Assembly (NCBI GenBank): GCA_046744485.1
Contig: JBKPHE010000111.1
Location: forward strand, 2,590-66,589
From: Actinomycetota bacterium
GTDB taxonomy: Bacteria > Actinomycetota > Acidimicrobiia > Acidimicrobiales > VFJN01
Direction of reading: 5' to 3'
Length of the DNA stretch: 64,000 nucleotides
Program-made: the position numbers and the translations under genes
Part shown: positions 53,197 to 62,366 of the stretch, piece after piece
How the letters are laid out: the number at the start of each line of letters is the position of its first letter
Position numbering within the stretch: position 1 is the stretch's first letter
The notes under the pieces: generated by a model
Told to the model about the DNA's origin: nothing
Databases searched by the model: none
What the model saw: the letters and a program-made list of their open reading frames with translations, nothing else

Positions 53197-54603
53197 TCAG
53201 ACGGGTGCCCCCGGGGCCACCAGTGGCCACGGCCGCTCGCGCTCGACCACGCGCGCCAGATCGAGCAGCAGGGCGTCGTCGTGGTGGCGGCCGATCAACT
53301 GCATCCCGACCGGCAAGCCGTCCACGGTCCCGGCCGGAACGGAGATGGCCGGGTTGCCGACGATGTTGGCCGGGATCGTCAGGAGGCCGTTGTTCTCGGG
53401 GCCCACCGACACGTTGCCCACCCGGGTGCTGATGCCGATGTCCGCGGGGAACGCCACGTCGGGGTTGGTGGCACAGATGACGACATCGACCTCGTCGAAC
53501 ACGTCGGCCATGCGTTCGTTGGCCTCGGTGCGCTGCGCCTCCACCCTGCCGGCGATGTCCAGGTTGAACATCTGATCGGCCAGGTCGAGGCCGAACGCCA
53601 TCTCCAGCGTCATGTCGTCCTTGCAGGCCGGCCACAGACCGGTGAGCGCGCGGCGTAGCTGCGACAGGTTGGCCATCGCCCACTCGAAGCCGAGCCCCGG
53701 TAAGCGCACCGGCAGGTCCACGATACGCAACCCGGCGTCGGCAGTCAGCGCCTCGCCCGCCTCCCGCACCACGGCCTCGACCTCCGGACGCACCACCGCG
53801 TTCCCCAGGTCCGGCACGATCGCGACGCGCAGCCCGTCAAGCGGGTGCGTGCCCAGGTCGCGCTCCCAGCCGTCGATGCGGGGCAGGCTGTAGGGGTCAC
53901 GCGCGTCGTAGCCCGAGCAGACGTCGAACCAGCGGGCGGCGTCCCGGACCGAGCGGGCCACGCACCCGACCACGACCGTGAGGGGTGCGATCTCGGTGCG
54001 GGGACCTCGGGGAATGCGGCCGGCGGTGCCCTTCATCCCCACCAGGCCGCAGAAGCCGGCGGGGATGCGTATCGACCCCCCGCCGTCGCCGCCGGTGGCG
54101 ATGGGCAGGAGCCCGCCGGCCGCCGCGGCGGCGGACCCGCCCGAGGAGCCCCCGGCCGTGCGCCCGGCCTGCCACGGGTTGTGGGTCACCCCGTGGAGCT
54201 TGGTGACGCTCACGTTGAGCCCGCCGAACTCGCTCGCGGTCGTCTGACCCACCTTGACGACCCCGGCGCCCTCGAGGCGGCGCACCATCGTGGTGGTGTG
54301 GTCGGCCACGCGGTCGGCGAACACCAGGCTCCCGTCGGCCTGGGGCCACCCCTCGACGGGGTCCAGCTCCTTGACGCCGATGGGGACGCCTCCGAGGGGC
54401 AGCGACACGTCGGCTTCGGCGGCGGCCGCCCGCGCACCCTCGGTGTCCACGTGGCACAGCGCGTCGAGCGCGCTGCGCTCGATCGCGGCGAGGACCAGCT
54501 CGACTTCCTCCTTCGGGGTGCGCTCGCCGGACCGGAAGGCGTCGACCAGTGAGCAGGCATCTCCCTGCCAGGGCGTGTCTGTCATGGCCCGGCAGTCTGG
54601 CAC
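53197..54603 (-). CDS. amidase (amidase-signature family)
   Basis: 468-aa ORF (alternative ATG at 54585). Signature GGSSGGSAAAAAGG and downstream GGDGGGSIRIPA. Confidence 0.85.
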   Translation of the reverse strand: MPDCRAMTDTPWQGDACSLVDAFRSGERTPKEEVELVLAAIERSALDALCHVDTEGARAAAAEADVSLPLGGVPIGVKELDPVEGWPQADGSLVFADRVADHTTTMVRRLEGAGVVKVGQTTASEFGGLNVSVTKLHGVTHNPWQAGRTAGGSSGGSAAAAAGGLLPIATGGDGGGSIRIPAGFCGLVGMKGTAGRIPRGPRTEIAPLTVVVGCVARSVRDAARWFDVCSGYDARDPYSLPRIDGWERDLGTHPLDGLRVAIVPDLGNAVVRPEVEAVVREAGEALTADAGLRIVDLPVRLPGLGFEWAMANLSQLRRALTGLWPACKDDMTLEMAFGLDLADQMFNLDIAGRVEAQRTEANERMADVFDEVDVVICATNPDVAFPADIGISTRVGNVSVGPENNGLLTIPANIVGNPAISVPAGTVDGLPVGMQLIGRHHDDALLLDLARVVERERPWPLVAPGAPV

Positions 54604-54617
54604 CTACAGTCGCTCCG

Positions 54618-55433
54618 ATGGATGCCCGCAAGTGGCTCGGACTCGAACCGACGCACAACCCCATGCGCTGGGTCCTGCCGGTCACCCCCGGCATCTCCAC
54701 CGGGGCCCCCTTCCTGTTCGGTGGTTGCGCGCTCGGCGCTGCCATCGCGGCCATGGAACACACCGGCCAGCGCCCGGTCATCTGGGCGACTGCGCAGTAC
54801 CTGTCCTACGCCCGGCCGCCGTCGATCCTCGACATCGACGTGACCCTGGCCGCGACCGGCAAGCACGTCACGCAGGCGCGCGTGGTGGGTCACGTGGCCG
54901 ACACCGAGATCCTCACCGTCAACGCCGCGCTGGGCACGCGCGGCCACCAGGCCGAGGGAGTCTGGGTGACCAGGCCCGACGTGCCCCGCCCCGACGACTG
55001 CCCTGTCCGTCCTCCCCGCTCGTCGACCGGCGAGTCGATCCACGATCGGATCGACGTGCGGCTGGCGTGCGCCCGCTCCTGGGAGGACGTCGAGGGCCAT
55101 CCCGCACCCGATGGCCGGTCGTCGGTGTGGGCGCGGATGCCCGACCTGTTGGACCTGTCGTCGGGTGCCAGCCTGGCGATCCTCGGCGACTACGTGCCGT
55201 TCGGCATCAGCCAGGCGCTCGGGCACGCCGGGGGCGGGAACAGCAGCCTCGACAACACGCTGCGGGTGTATCGGCTGGTGCCGACGGAATGGGTGCTGCT
55301 CGACATTCGCATCGCTGCGGTCGCACACGGGTTCGGGCATGGCGTCGTCCACATCTGGGCCGAGGAGGGCACCCTGCTGGCCACGGCCAGCCAGTCGACC
55401 ATCGTCCGGGTCGGCAACGAACGACGCGTGTGA
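54618..55433 (+). CDS. acyl-CoA thioesterase (TesB-like double hot-dog)
   Basis: ATG at 54618 within the 294-aa ORF. The GGCALGAAIAAME and ATAQYLSYARPP pattern is similar to thioesterase II. Confidence 0.7.
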   Translation: MDARKWLGLEPTHNPMRWVLPVTPGISTGAPFLFGGCALGAAIAAMEHTGQRPVIWATAQYLSYARPPSILDIDVTLAATGKHVTQARVVGHVADTEILTVNAALGTRGHQAEGVWVTRPDVPRPDDCPVRPPRSSTGESIHDRIDVRLACARSWEDVEGHPAPDGRSSVWARMPDLLDLSSGASLAILGDYVPFGISQALGHAGGGNSSLDNTLRVYRLVPTEWVLLDIRIAAVAHGFGHGVVHIWAEEGTLLATASQSTIVRVGNERRV

Positions 55434-55445
55434 CAGCATCCGATC

Positions 55446-56432
55446 ATGCAGCACTACGGCATGACCATCCCCTTCGATCGCGTGCCATTGCACGAGCAAC
55501 GCGACTGGATCGTGGAGCTGGCCGACCTCGGTTACACGGATGTCTGGTCGTCCGAGGCCAACGGGGCCGACGCCTTCACGCCGCTGGCGCTGGCCTCCGC
55601 GTGGGCCCCGTCCCTGCGCCTGGGCACCGCCATCGTCCCGGCGTTCACCCGGGGACCAGGCTGCCTGGCGCAGAGCGTGGGGTCGCTGGCCCAGGCGGCG
55701 CCGGGCAGGGTCGCCCTGGGGGTGGGCACGTCGTCCGACGTCATCGTCGAGGGCTGGAACGGCATCCCGTTCGAGCGGCCCTACCAGCGCACCCGCGACA
55801 TGGTGCGGTTCCTGCGTCAGGCCCTGACCGGCGACAAGGTCACGGCCGAGTACGAGACGTTCTCGGTGCGCGGCTTCAAGCTGGGCGTGGTACCTCCGGA
55901 GCCGGTGCCGATCCTGGTGGCCGCCCTACGGGAAGGCATGCTGCGGCTGGCCGGGCGCGAGGGCGACGGCGCGATCGTCAACTGGCTGTCGGCCGACGAC
56001 GTGGCCACGGTGGCTCCCATCGTGCACCGGGCGGCCGAAGGGAAGGCCAACGCGTCCGATGGTACGCCTCCCGAGATCGCGGCCCGGATCTTCGTGGCGC
56101 CGAGCGACGACGCCGAGACGGTGCGGGGCATGGGACGCTTCGCGATCGCCGCCTACCTCAACGTGCCCGTGTACGCCGCGTTCCACGAGTGGCTGGGGCG
56201 CGGCGACCAGCTCGGAGACATGTGGCGGTTGTGGCAGGAGGGCGACCGCAAGGGCGCGCTCGCCGTCATCCCCGACGAGGTCGTGGACGAGCTCATCGTG
56301 TGGGGCAAGCCAGACCAATGCCGCGAGCACATCCAGCGCTACGTCGACAACGGCGTGTCCACGCCGGCGCTGGCCCTGCTGCCGTTCGGTTACGACCAGC
56401 GCCAGGCAATCCGGGACCTCGCCCCTCGCTGA
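55446..56432 (+). CDS. LLM-class F420-dependent oxidoreductase
   Basis: 328-aa ORF. LGYTDVWSSEANGADAFT, RVALGVGTSS and VSTPALALLP. Confidence 0.8.
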   Translation: MQHYGMTIPFDRVPLHEQRDWIVELADLGYTDVWSSEANGADAFTPLALASAWAPSLRLGTAIVPAFTRGPGCLAQSVGSLAQAAPGRVALGVGTSSDVIVEGWNGIPFERPYQRTRDMVRFLRQALTGDKVTAEYETFSVRGFKLGVVPPEPVPILVAALREGMLRLAGREGDGAIVNWLSADDVATVAPIVHRAAEGKANASDGTPPEIAARIFVAPSDDAETVRGMGRFAIAAYLNVPVYAAFHEWLGRGDQLGDMWRLWQEGDRKGALAVIPDEVVDELIVWGKPDQCREHIQRYVDNGVSTPALALLPFGYDQRQAIRDLAPR

Positions 56433-56539
56433 CCGAGCGCGCCTCGGGGGAATCCCCGATGCCCTCGCGGGTGTTGGGGCCGTACGGTGACAACCATGCA
56501 TGCGCTTCGGCGGAACGCCGCATGCCGTGAGCGGCGACG

Positions 56540-57166
56540 ATGATCGATCTCAACGCCCTCGCCGATCTGGGGCTCCTCGCGTACCTGCTGATCTTCGGGG
56601 TCGCGGCCCTGGACGTCGTCTTCCCGGTGCTGCCCAGCGAGGCGACCGTGATCCTTGCCGGGGTGCTGGCGTGGCAGGGCCGGCTCAGCATCGTGGCCGT
56701 TGGCCTCGCGGCGGCGGCAGGGGCCATCGCCGGGGACCACCTCTCCTACGGGCTCGGGCGCTGGACGAGCCGGGGCGCCATGCGCCGTTCCAGGAGCAAG
56801 GTCGCCCGCTTGCAGGCCTGGGCGGCGCAGCAACTCCACGTCCGGGGCCCGACCATCCTCCTGGTGGCCCGCTTCGTTCCCGGGGGGCGGACCGCCAGCA
56901 CCTTCATGAGCGGACGACTCCGGTTTCCACTGCCGCGCTTCAGCGCCATCACCTGTCTCGCCGGGCCCCTGTGGGCGGCGTTCGGCGCCTCCCTGGGTTA
57001 CCTGGGCGGCACCACATTCCACGACCACACGCTGCTGGCCACCGGCCTCGGAGTTGCCGTGGGCGTGACGCTCGCGGCGCTGGCCGAGCTCGCGCTACGC
57101 CGTTTCGGCATCTACGGGAAGCCGGTGCCCGAGGTCATCGCCAACGACGACGACCTGGCGGCCTGA
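56540..57166 (+). CDS. DedA (VTT/SNARE-associated) family membrane protein
   Basis: 208-aa ORF. FPVLPSEATVILAGVLA, GDHLSYGLGRW and RFVPGGRTASTF. Confidence 0.8.
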   Translation: MIDLNALADLGLLAYLLIFGVAALDVVFPVLPSEATVILAGVLAWQGRLSIVAVGLAAAAGAIAGDHLSYGLGRWTSRGAMRRSRSKVARLQAWAAQQLHVRGPTILLVARFVPGGRTASTFMSGRLRFPLPRFSAITCLAGPLWAAFGASLGYLGGTTFHDHTLLATGLGVAVGVTLAALAELALRRFGIYGKPVPEVIANDDDLAA

Positions 57167-57177
57167 GCGCGCGTCCA

Positions 57178-57759
57178 CTAGGCCCCGGCCATAGACCGGG
57201 CCAGTGCATGCTCGACGAGCGTGACCAACACGGGTATGACCGAGCGGCTGGCGCGGGCATCGCAGGCCACCAGCGGAACGTCCGGTGCGAGGGCCAATGC
57301 TTCGCGGACCGAGTCGAGCGGGTGGCGCGGGGCGTCGTCGAACAGATTGATGGCGACGACGAACGGCACCCGCCGGTCTTCGAAGAAGTCGATGGCCGCG
57401 AACCCGTCGGCGATGCGGCGGGTGTCGATCAGGACGATGGCTCCGGCCGCGCCCAGGGCGATGTGGTCCCACATGAACCAGAACCGATCCTGGCCCGGCG
57501 TGCCGAACACGTAGAGGACCATCCCATCGTCGATGGTCCGGCGCCCGAAGTCGAGTGCGACGGTGGTGGTGGACTTGCCCCGCACGGCCGACAGGTCGTC
57601 GACGCCCACCGACAGGTCGGTCATCGCCGCCTCGGTGCTCAGCGCCGTGATCTCGGAGGCGGCTCCGACGAACGTGGTCTTACCGGCGCCGAACCCGCCG
57701 GCGATCACGATCTTCACCGGGATCGGCGCGTTCATGGCAGGGCCCGGATACACGCTCAT
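57178..57759 (-). CDS. cvnD: conservon GTPase (CvnD-type small ATP/GTP-binding protein)
   Basis: 193-aa ORF. P-loop GGFGAGKTT, DTPGQ-like GTPGQDRF and VVAINLFD. ATGA overlap with cvnC. Confidence 0.85.
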   Translation of the reverse strand: MSVYPGPAMNAPIPVKIVIAGGFGAGKTTFVGAASEITALSTEAAMTDLSVGVDDLSAVRGKSTTTVALDFGRRTIDDGMVLYVFGTPGQDRFWFMWDHIALGAAGAIVLIDTRRIADGFAAIDFFEDRRVPFVVAINLFDDAPRHPLDSVREALALAPDVPLVACDARASRSVIPVLVTLVEHALARSMAGA

Positions 57760-58118
57760 GCCTGCGCCTTCAATCCGTGGAGGAGGCGCTCGAGGATCTC
57801 ACGGCGCGGTCGGCCGTTGTCGGTGACGCTGGGCCGGTGAACGGCGAGGTAGCCGCCGGTGTGCAAGTCGGAAACGAGCACCGCCGCCACCCCGAGGGGC
57901 ACGCCCAGGTGCGCCGCGATCTCGGCCACCGAAACCGGGCGGCCGCACAGGTCCACGATCTGCCCCTGCTCGAAGCGCAGTTGTTGGCGCGCGGCGCGGC
58001 CATCGCTGGTGGCGACGACCATTGTCTCCCAGGGCAGGTCGCGCCCGTCGGGTTGGGTGCGACCCTGGGTGAGGGCGTAGAACGGCACCAGCCGAGGGTC
58101 GTCGGGAAACGCGTTCAT
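57756..58118 (-). CDS. cvnC: conservon DUF742 protein (CvnC-type)
   Basis: ATG at 58118 within the 192-aa ORF. LVPFYALTQGRT and the winged-helix-like SVAEIAAHLGVPLGVAAVLVSDL. ATGA overlaps at both ends. Confidence 0.8.
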   Translation of the reverse strand: MNAFPDDPRLVPFYALTQGRTQPDGRDLPWETMVVATSDGRAARQQLRFEQGQIVDLCGRPVSVAEIAAHLGVPLGVAAVLVSDLHTGGYLAVHRPSVTDNGRPRREILERLLHGLKAQA

Positions 58119-58534
58119 CGCTGGCGCATGACCTGGCCGTCGGCGCGGAGCGCGGGCGTCAGCACCTGCCCGATGCGGGTGACCAACAGGCTCATCTCGT
58201 AGCCGATGAGGCCGATGTCGCACTCTGTGCCGCACATCAACGCCAGGGCGGATCCGTCGCCGATGGTGGTGACGAACAGGTAGCCGCGGGTCAGCTCGAC
58301 GATCACCTGCTGGACCGAGCCGGCGTCCAGGCAACGAGCCGCGCCGGCCGTGAGGCTGGCGAGTCCTGACGTGACGGCGGCCAACTGGTCGGCGGTGTCG
58401 CGGGCGATCCGGTGAGAGTGGGCGAGGACCAGGCCGTCGGTGGTCACGACCAGGGCGCTGCTCACGCCGGGGATGCGGTCGACGAAGCTGTTGATCAACC
58501 AGTCGAGCTCACCACCGTCGTGGACGCCGGTCAC
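58115..58534 (-). CDS. cvnB: conservon roadblock/LC7 domain protein (CvnB-type)
   Basis: GTG at 58534 overlaps the cvnA stop (GTGA). LDWLINSFVDRIPGVSSALVVTTDGLVLA and IGYEMSLLV. Confidence 0.8.
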   Translation of the reverse strand: MTGVHDGGELDWLINSFVDRIPGVSSALVVTTDGLVLAHSHRIARDTADQLAAVTSGLASLTAGAARCLDAGSVQQVIVELTRGYLFVTTIGDGSALALMCGTECDIGLIGYEMSLLVTRIGQVLTPALRADGQVMRQR

Positions 58535-60459
58535 GGACCGTCCTCTCCGTGGTGGGTCTCGATGTCGACCGGAGGCGCGGCCGCGGCCGCGGCCCGCCCG
58601 GCCCGCTGGTTGGCCTGGAAGCGCGACAGCATCGAACCGGCCTGCTCGCCTGGCCGCCAGTCGGCCGGCGTGGTGCCGCCCGCCGCGACCGGGGCGTCGC
58701 CGTCGCCGGACGTCTTGCGCAGCGACGGGGCCAGGCTCGCGCCCGGCACCCGTCGGACGAGGCCGTCGGCAGTCATCGGCGATGGGGTGGGGGTGACGTA
58801 TGCCGGATCGGGCGTGGCGAACGGTGTGGCAGGCCGCGAGGCCGGGGCCGCGAACGGCGGGGCGGGTTCCTGGGCTGGCTGCAACCATGGTGGGACAGGC
58901 TGCGAGGCCGGTGCCACGAACGGCGGGGCAGGCTGCGGGACGGGAGGAGCGACGGCGGCGGCAGTCGGCTCGGCGACGGCGACCGCCGTCTGGGGGGCGA
59001 GTGAGGCCCTGGCCAGGTTGTGGTGTTGGACGATCCAGGGGCCGCCGTCGTACCCCGCGGCTCCGGCGAGTGCGGATGCGGCGAACGCCGGCGACGTCAC
59101 CTCGGAGGCCGGCAGCCGGCGTTCGCTGACGACGTGCTGCGGCAATGTGACCAGGGCCGTGACCCCGCCGCCCGGCGTGTGCGCCAGGCTCACGCGGAGC
59201 CCGAGACGAAGGGCCAGCCGACCCACGACGTGGAAGCCCAGCGTCGAGCGGCGGGGATCGACGTCAGGTGGCTCGGCGAGCAGCTCGTTGGCAGCCTGCA
59301 TGTGCTCGTCGGACAGGCCGATGCCGGTGTCCTCGATGCTGAGCAGGAACGTCCGCCCTTCCCCCGGCACGAGGTGGGTCCGCACGCGCACCCCCGAGGT
59401 CGGTGGCGAGAACATGGTGGCGTTCTCGATCAGCTCTGCCAGCAGATGGGAGAGGTCGGCAACCACCCGGCCCGACACCTCGAGGTAGTCACTGACCAGC
59501 ACCTCGACCCGCGGATAGTCCTCGACCTCGGCGGCGGCGGCGCGGACGACCTCGGACAGCGGTACCGGCCGCCCCCACAGGCGCGGCGGCTCGTCGCCCG
59601 ACAGCACCAGCAGTGACTCGGCGTTGCGCCGGATGCGGGTGGCAAGGTGGTCGAGCTGGAACAGGTCGGACAGTGCCTCGGGTTTGTTCTCCTGCTGTTC
59701 GAGCTCGGAGATGAGCGCCAGTTGCCGGTCGAGCAGCGATTGGTTGCGCCGGGCGAGGTTGACGAAGAGGTCCGAGATCGACTGACGCTGAGCCACCTGG
59801 GCCTGGACCGCCGCCAGCTCCGACGCGGCCAGCTCGGACGCCAGCCGGTTGCTGCGGTGCTGCTCGAGTTCGGTGTTCTTCCAGAAGATGATGACGCCGA
59901 TGCATGCCGCCAGCACGGACACGCCGTGGATCGCGGCCCAGCTCCACGGGCGGTTCTGAGCCGCGCTGTGGTTGAACATGAGGTCGGCCGCGATTGTGCT
60001 GCCGATCCCGTGCGACAGCACGGTGAAGATCACGTTCCACAAGAACGGCACCCAGTCCTGGTAGAGGGCGATGAGGCCGATGAGGATGAAGAAGTGGAAG
60101 TGGGCCTCGATCGTGCCGCCCGACAGGTGGACCAGCACGGATGAGCAGAACACGAGTCCGGCAGTGACGAAGAACGCCGCCAGCCGGCGATTGCGCGCCA
60201 AGCGGGCGAAGGCGAGGCAGGCGGTGGGTATCGCGATCTCGAGCGCGGAATGGCGCACGCCATAGCCCTGCCAGACGCCGAATGCGAACAACGCCGGCAG
60301 GTGCAACCCCAGGACCCAGCACATCAGCAGGTGACGCCGGCGGAACGACTCGTCGTCGAGCGTGTTGCCCCGGGGGAGATAGTCGAGCACCGTGCGAACC
60401 GCCCGGCGCAGTGGGCCCCGCCGGCGTCCCTTGTCGGTCAGCGACGACCTGAGATGCAT
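58531..60459 (-). CDS. cvnA: conservon sensor histidine-kinase-like ATPase (CvnA-type) with polytopic N-terminal membrane module
   Basis: Tracked as 699 aa (ATG 60630); ATG 60459 (MHLRSSLTDKG) is preferred. About six TM helices, a coiled linker, an HATPase_c-like region (LLAELIENATMFSPP, IEDTGIGL), and a Pro/Ala-rich tail with GLVRRVPGASL. Confidence 0.8.
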   Translation of the reverse strand: MHLRSSLTDKGRRRGPLRRAVRTVLDYLPRGNTLDDESFRRRHLLMCWVLGLHLPALFAFGVWQGYGVRHSALEIAIPTACLAFARLARNRRLAAFFVTAGLVFCSSVLVHLSGGTIEAHFHFFILIGLIALYQDWVPFLWNVIFTVLSHGIGSTIAADLMFNHSAAQNRPWSWAAIHGVSVLAACIGVIIFWKNTELEQHRSNRLASELAASELAAVQAQVAQRQSISDLFVNLARRNQSLLDRQLALISELEQQENKPEALSDLFQLDHLATRIRRNAESLLVLSGDEPPRLWGRPVPLSEVVRAAAAEVEDYPRVEVLVSDYLEVSGRVVADLSHLLAELIENATMFSPPTSGVRVRTHLVPGEGRTFLLSIEDTGIGLSDEHMQAANELLAEPPDVDPRRSTLGFHVVGRLALRLGLRVSLAHTPGGGVTALVTLPQHVVSERRLPASEVTSPAFAASALAGAAGYDGGPWIVQHHNLARASLAPQTAVAVAEPTAAAVAPPVPQPAPPFVAPASQPVPPWLQPAQEPAPPFAAPASRPATPFATPDPAYVTPTPSPMTADGLVRRVPGASLAPSLRKTSGDGDAPVAAGGTTPADWRPGEQAGSMLSRFQANQRAGRAAAAAAPPVDIETHHGEDGP

Positions 60460-60792
60460 GGGCGTGCCACCGGCGTCGCGGCCGTCATCGCGAGCGTCGG
60501 TGTGGGTGGTACCAGAGGCACGGGAGCCATTGGTGTGACCGCTCCGTCGTGCTGGACCAGCCGGATCGCCCCAGACCCGATCCTCCATAGGGTCCCAATT
60601 CTTAACACAACAGGTGGGCGGATCCTCCATCGGTAAGCACGTTCCGCGGTCCCCGCGGCGTTCGAGCTGGGCATTCGCGTCTCCGTTTCCGTGGACGTGG
60701 CGGCGTTGCTACCCATCGTGGTGATGGCAGTACGATGTCGCGAGGGCTGCGGACGCGGGAATTGGCACTGGGTGGAGTCGTAGTGTCGGCCC

Positions 60793-62064
60793 ATGGGCCA
60801 TGGCGCGCTCGAGGTGACCGACAAGCTCTGGACCGGCGAGATCTCGGTGGAGCAGGTGCACCCCGTGGCCGTGAACGGTGACCTCGACGAGGTCGCTCCC
60901 GGCGTCGCCTTCATCACGGCGTTCGGCAACGTGACGGGTGTCGTCTCCGACGGGGCGCTGGTGCTGGTGGACACGGGGAGCCAGTTCCTGGCGCGGGCCA
61001 ACTTCGACAAGATGCGGGCCTGGACGGACCTGCCGCTGGCGGCCGCGCTGTACACACACGGGCACATCGATCACGTCTTCGGCCTCGGGCCCTACGAGGA
61101 CGAGGCCGACGCAGCCGGTCGTCCGGGACCGCGCGTCGTGGCCCACGAGTTGGTCTCGGCCAGGTTCGACCGATACCGCCTCACCGCCGGCTACAACGCA
61201 GTGATCAACGCGCGGCAGTTCAAGATCCCGGGCCTGCAGTGGCCCACGGAGTACCGCTACCCCGACGAGACCTACGTCCAGAGGCACGACGTCGAGGTGG
61301 GGGGCGAGCGCTTCGAGCTGCACCATGGCCGGGGCGAGACCGATGACCACACGTGGATCTGGATGCCCGAGCGGCGCGCGGTCTGCACCGGCGACCTGTT
61401 CATCTGGGCCTCGCCCAACTGCGGGAATCCTCAGAAGGTGCAGCGCTACCCGCGGGACTGGGCGATCGCGCTGCGAGAGATGGTGGCGCTCGAGCCGGAG
61501 CTGCTGTTGCCCGGCCACGGCTGGCCCATCGCTGGAGCCGAGCGGGTGCGACGGGCGCTCGCCGAGACCGCGGACCTCCTGGACAGCCTGGTCGATCAGG
61601 CGCTCGAGCTGATGAACGCCGGCGCCCGGCTCGACGACATCGTGCACACGGTGCGGGCACCGGCCGACCTCCTCGACCGCCCCTACCTCCGGCCCGTCTA
61701 CGACGAGCCGGAGTTCGTGGTGCGGACGGTGTGGCGCCTGTACGGCGGCTGGTACGACGGCAACCCGGCACACCTGAAGCCGGCCCCGGAGGGCGAGCTG
61801 GCGCGGGAGCTGGCGGTCCTCGCGGGCGGGGCAGCGCGGTTGGCCGACCGTGCGGCCGAGTTGGCGGCGGCCGGGGAACTGCGCCTGGCGGGCCACCTGG
61901 CGGAGCTGGCCGCGCAGGCGGCGCCCGACGACGCGGGCATCCACCGGGTGCGGGCCGAAGTGTTCAGCGCCCGGTCGGCGGCGGAGCTGTCGACGATGTC
62001 GAAGGGCGTGTTCTCCTGGGCCGCCGACGAGTCCCAGGCCCGCCTCGCAGAGATGGGCGACTGA
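60793..62064 (+). CDS. MBL-fold hydrolase of the alkyl/aryl-sulfatase type (MBL plus dimerisation domain, no SCP2-like C-terminal domain)
   Basis: 423-aa ORF. YTHGHIDHVFG, GETDDHTWIWMP and PGHGWPI, then EPEFVVRTVWRLYGGWYDGNPAHL, typical of the alkyl-sulfatase dimerisation domain. Confidence 0.75.
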   Translation: MGHGALEVTDKLWTGEISVEQVHPVAVNGDLDEVAPGVAFITAFGNVTGVVSDGALVLVDTGSQFLARANFDKMRAWTDLPLAAALYTHGHIDHVFGLGPYEDEADAAGRPGPRVVAHELVSARFDRYRLTAGYNAVINARQFKIPGLQWPTEYRYPDETYVQRHDVEVGGERFELHHGRGETDDHTWIWMPERRAVCTGDLFIWASPNCGNPQKVQRYPRDWAIALREMVALEPELLLPGHGWPIAGAERVRRALAETADLLDSLVDQALELMNAGARLDDIVHTVRAPADLLDRPYLRPVYDEPEFVVRTVWRLYGGWYDGNPAHLKPAPEGELARELAVLAGGAARLADRAAELAAAGELRLAGHLAELAAQAAPDDAGIHRVRAEVFSARSAAELSTMSKGVFSWAADESQARLAEMGD

Positions 62065-62134
62065 TCCGGCTCCGCCCGGCGCGGTCAGTGGGTCGTCCTC
62101 GGTGGCGCGCCGTCGAGTGCGTTAAGAACTACGT

Positions 62135-62323
62135 GTGCTCACGTTGCTCTGGGCCGGCGGCGTGATCCTCGTCGTCAGCGGCCTCGTCGTTCTCGCGGCG
62201 GCGAGCCACGGCCTCGACGAGCGCATGCCGACGCAGGTGCTTCCCCGACGGTTCGCGATCTATCCGCTGGTCGCCGGCGCCATCCTCATGATCCTCGCCG
62301 GAATCATGCGCCTCTTCCCGTAG
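62135..62323 (+). CDS. small two-helix membrane protein (62 aa)
   Basis: ORF track entry with a GTG start. Very high GC3 and two hydrophobic helices. No Shine-Dalgarno seen. Confidence 0.55.
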   Translation: MLTLLWAGGVILVVSGLVVLAAASHGLDERMPTQVLPRRFAIYPLVAGAILMILAGIMRLFP

Positions 62324-62327
62324 AGAC

Positions 62328-62347
62328 CCCGGGTTCGAGGTCCCGGG
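62328..62347. terminator. short GC hairpin between convergent genes
   Basis: CCCGGG (62328-33) pairs with CCCGGG (62342-47) around the loop TTCGAGGT, directly after the stop at 62321-23. No T-run follows. Confidence 0.25.
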
Positions 62348-62366
62348 CGGGCCACGCCTACGGTCG

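Noticed and set aside
58800-58990. Repetitive DNA (recurring GGCGGGGC.GG.T.C.GG... units), and the tandem GCTCGGGCA units at 62421-62447, considered as possible CRISPR or tandem-repeat loci.
   Set aside because: Both lie inside coding regions and encode low-complexity Pro-rich peptide repeats (APPFVAPASQP/APPFAAPASRP in CvnA; ELPELPEQP in the Gly-rich protein). There is no repeat-spacer architecture.
60579-60630. Direct 10-nt repeat ATGGAGGATC (minus strand; plus-strand copies at 60579-88 and 60621-30) flanking an A/T-rich TTGTGTTAAGAATTGG patch upstream of cvnA. I considered it as a promoter, an operator or alternative starts.
   Set aside because: The -35/-10 spacing is poor. Both ATGs give an N-terminal extension (MEDPPTCCVKNWDP...) with non-coding-like composition. 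The evidence is too thin for more than a note on start-codon uncertainty.
62321-62355. tRNA-like T-arm (GGGTTCGAGGTCCCGG followed by GCGGGCCA).
   Set aside because: The loop would be 8 nt rather than 7, and no D-arm, anticodon arm or acceptor pairing can be built from the upstream sequence, which is the 3' end of a coding ORF. It is better explained as a short terminator hairpin.
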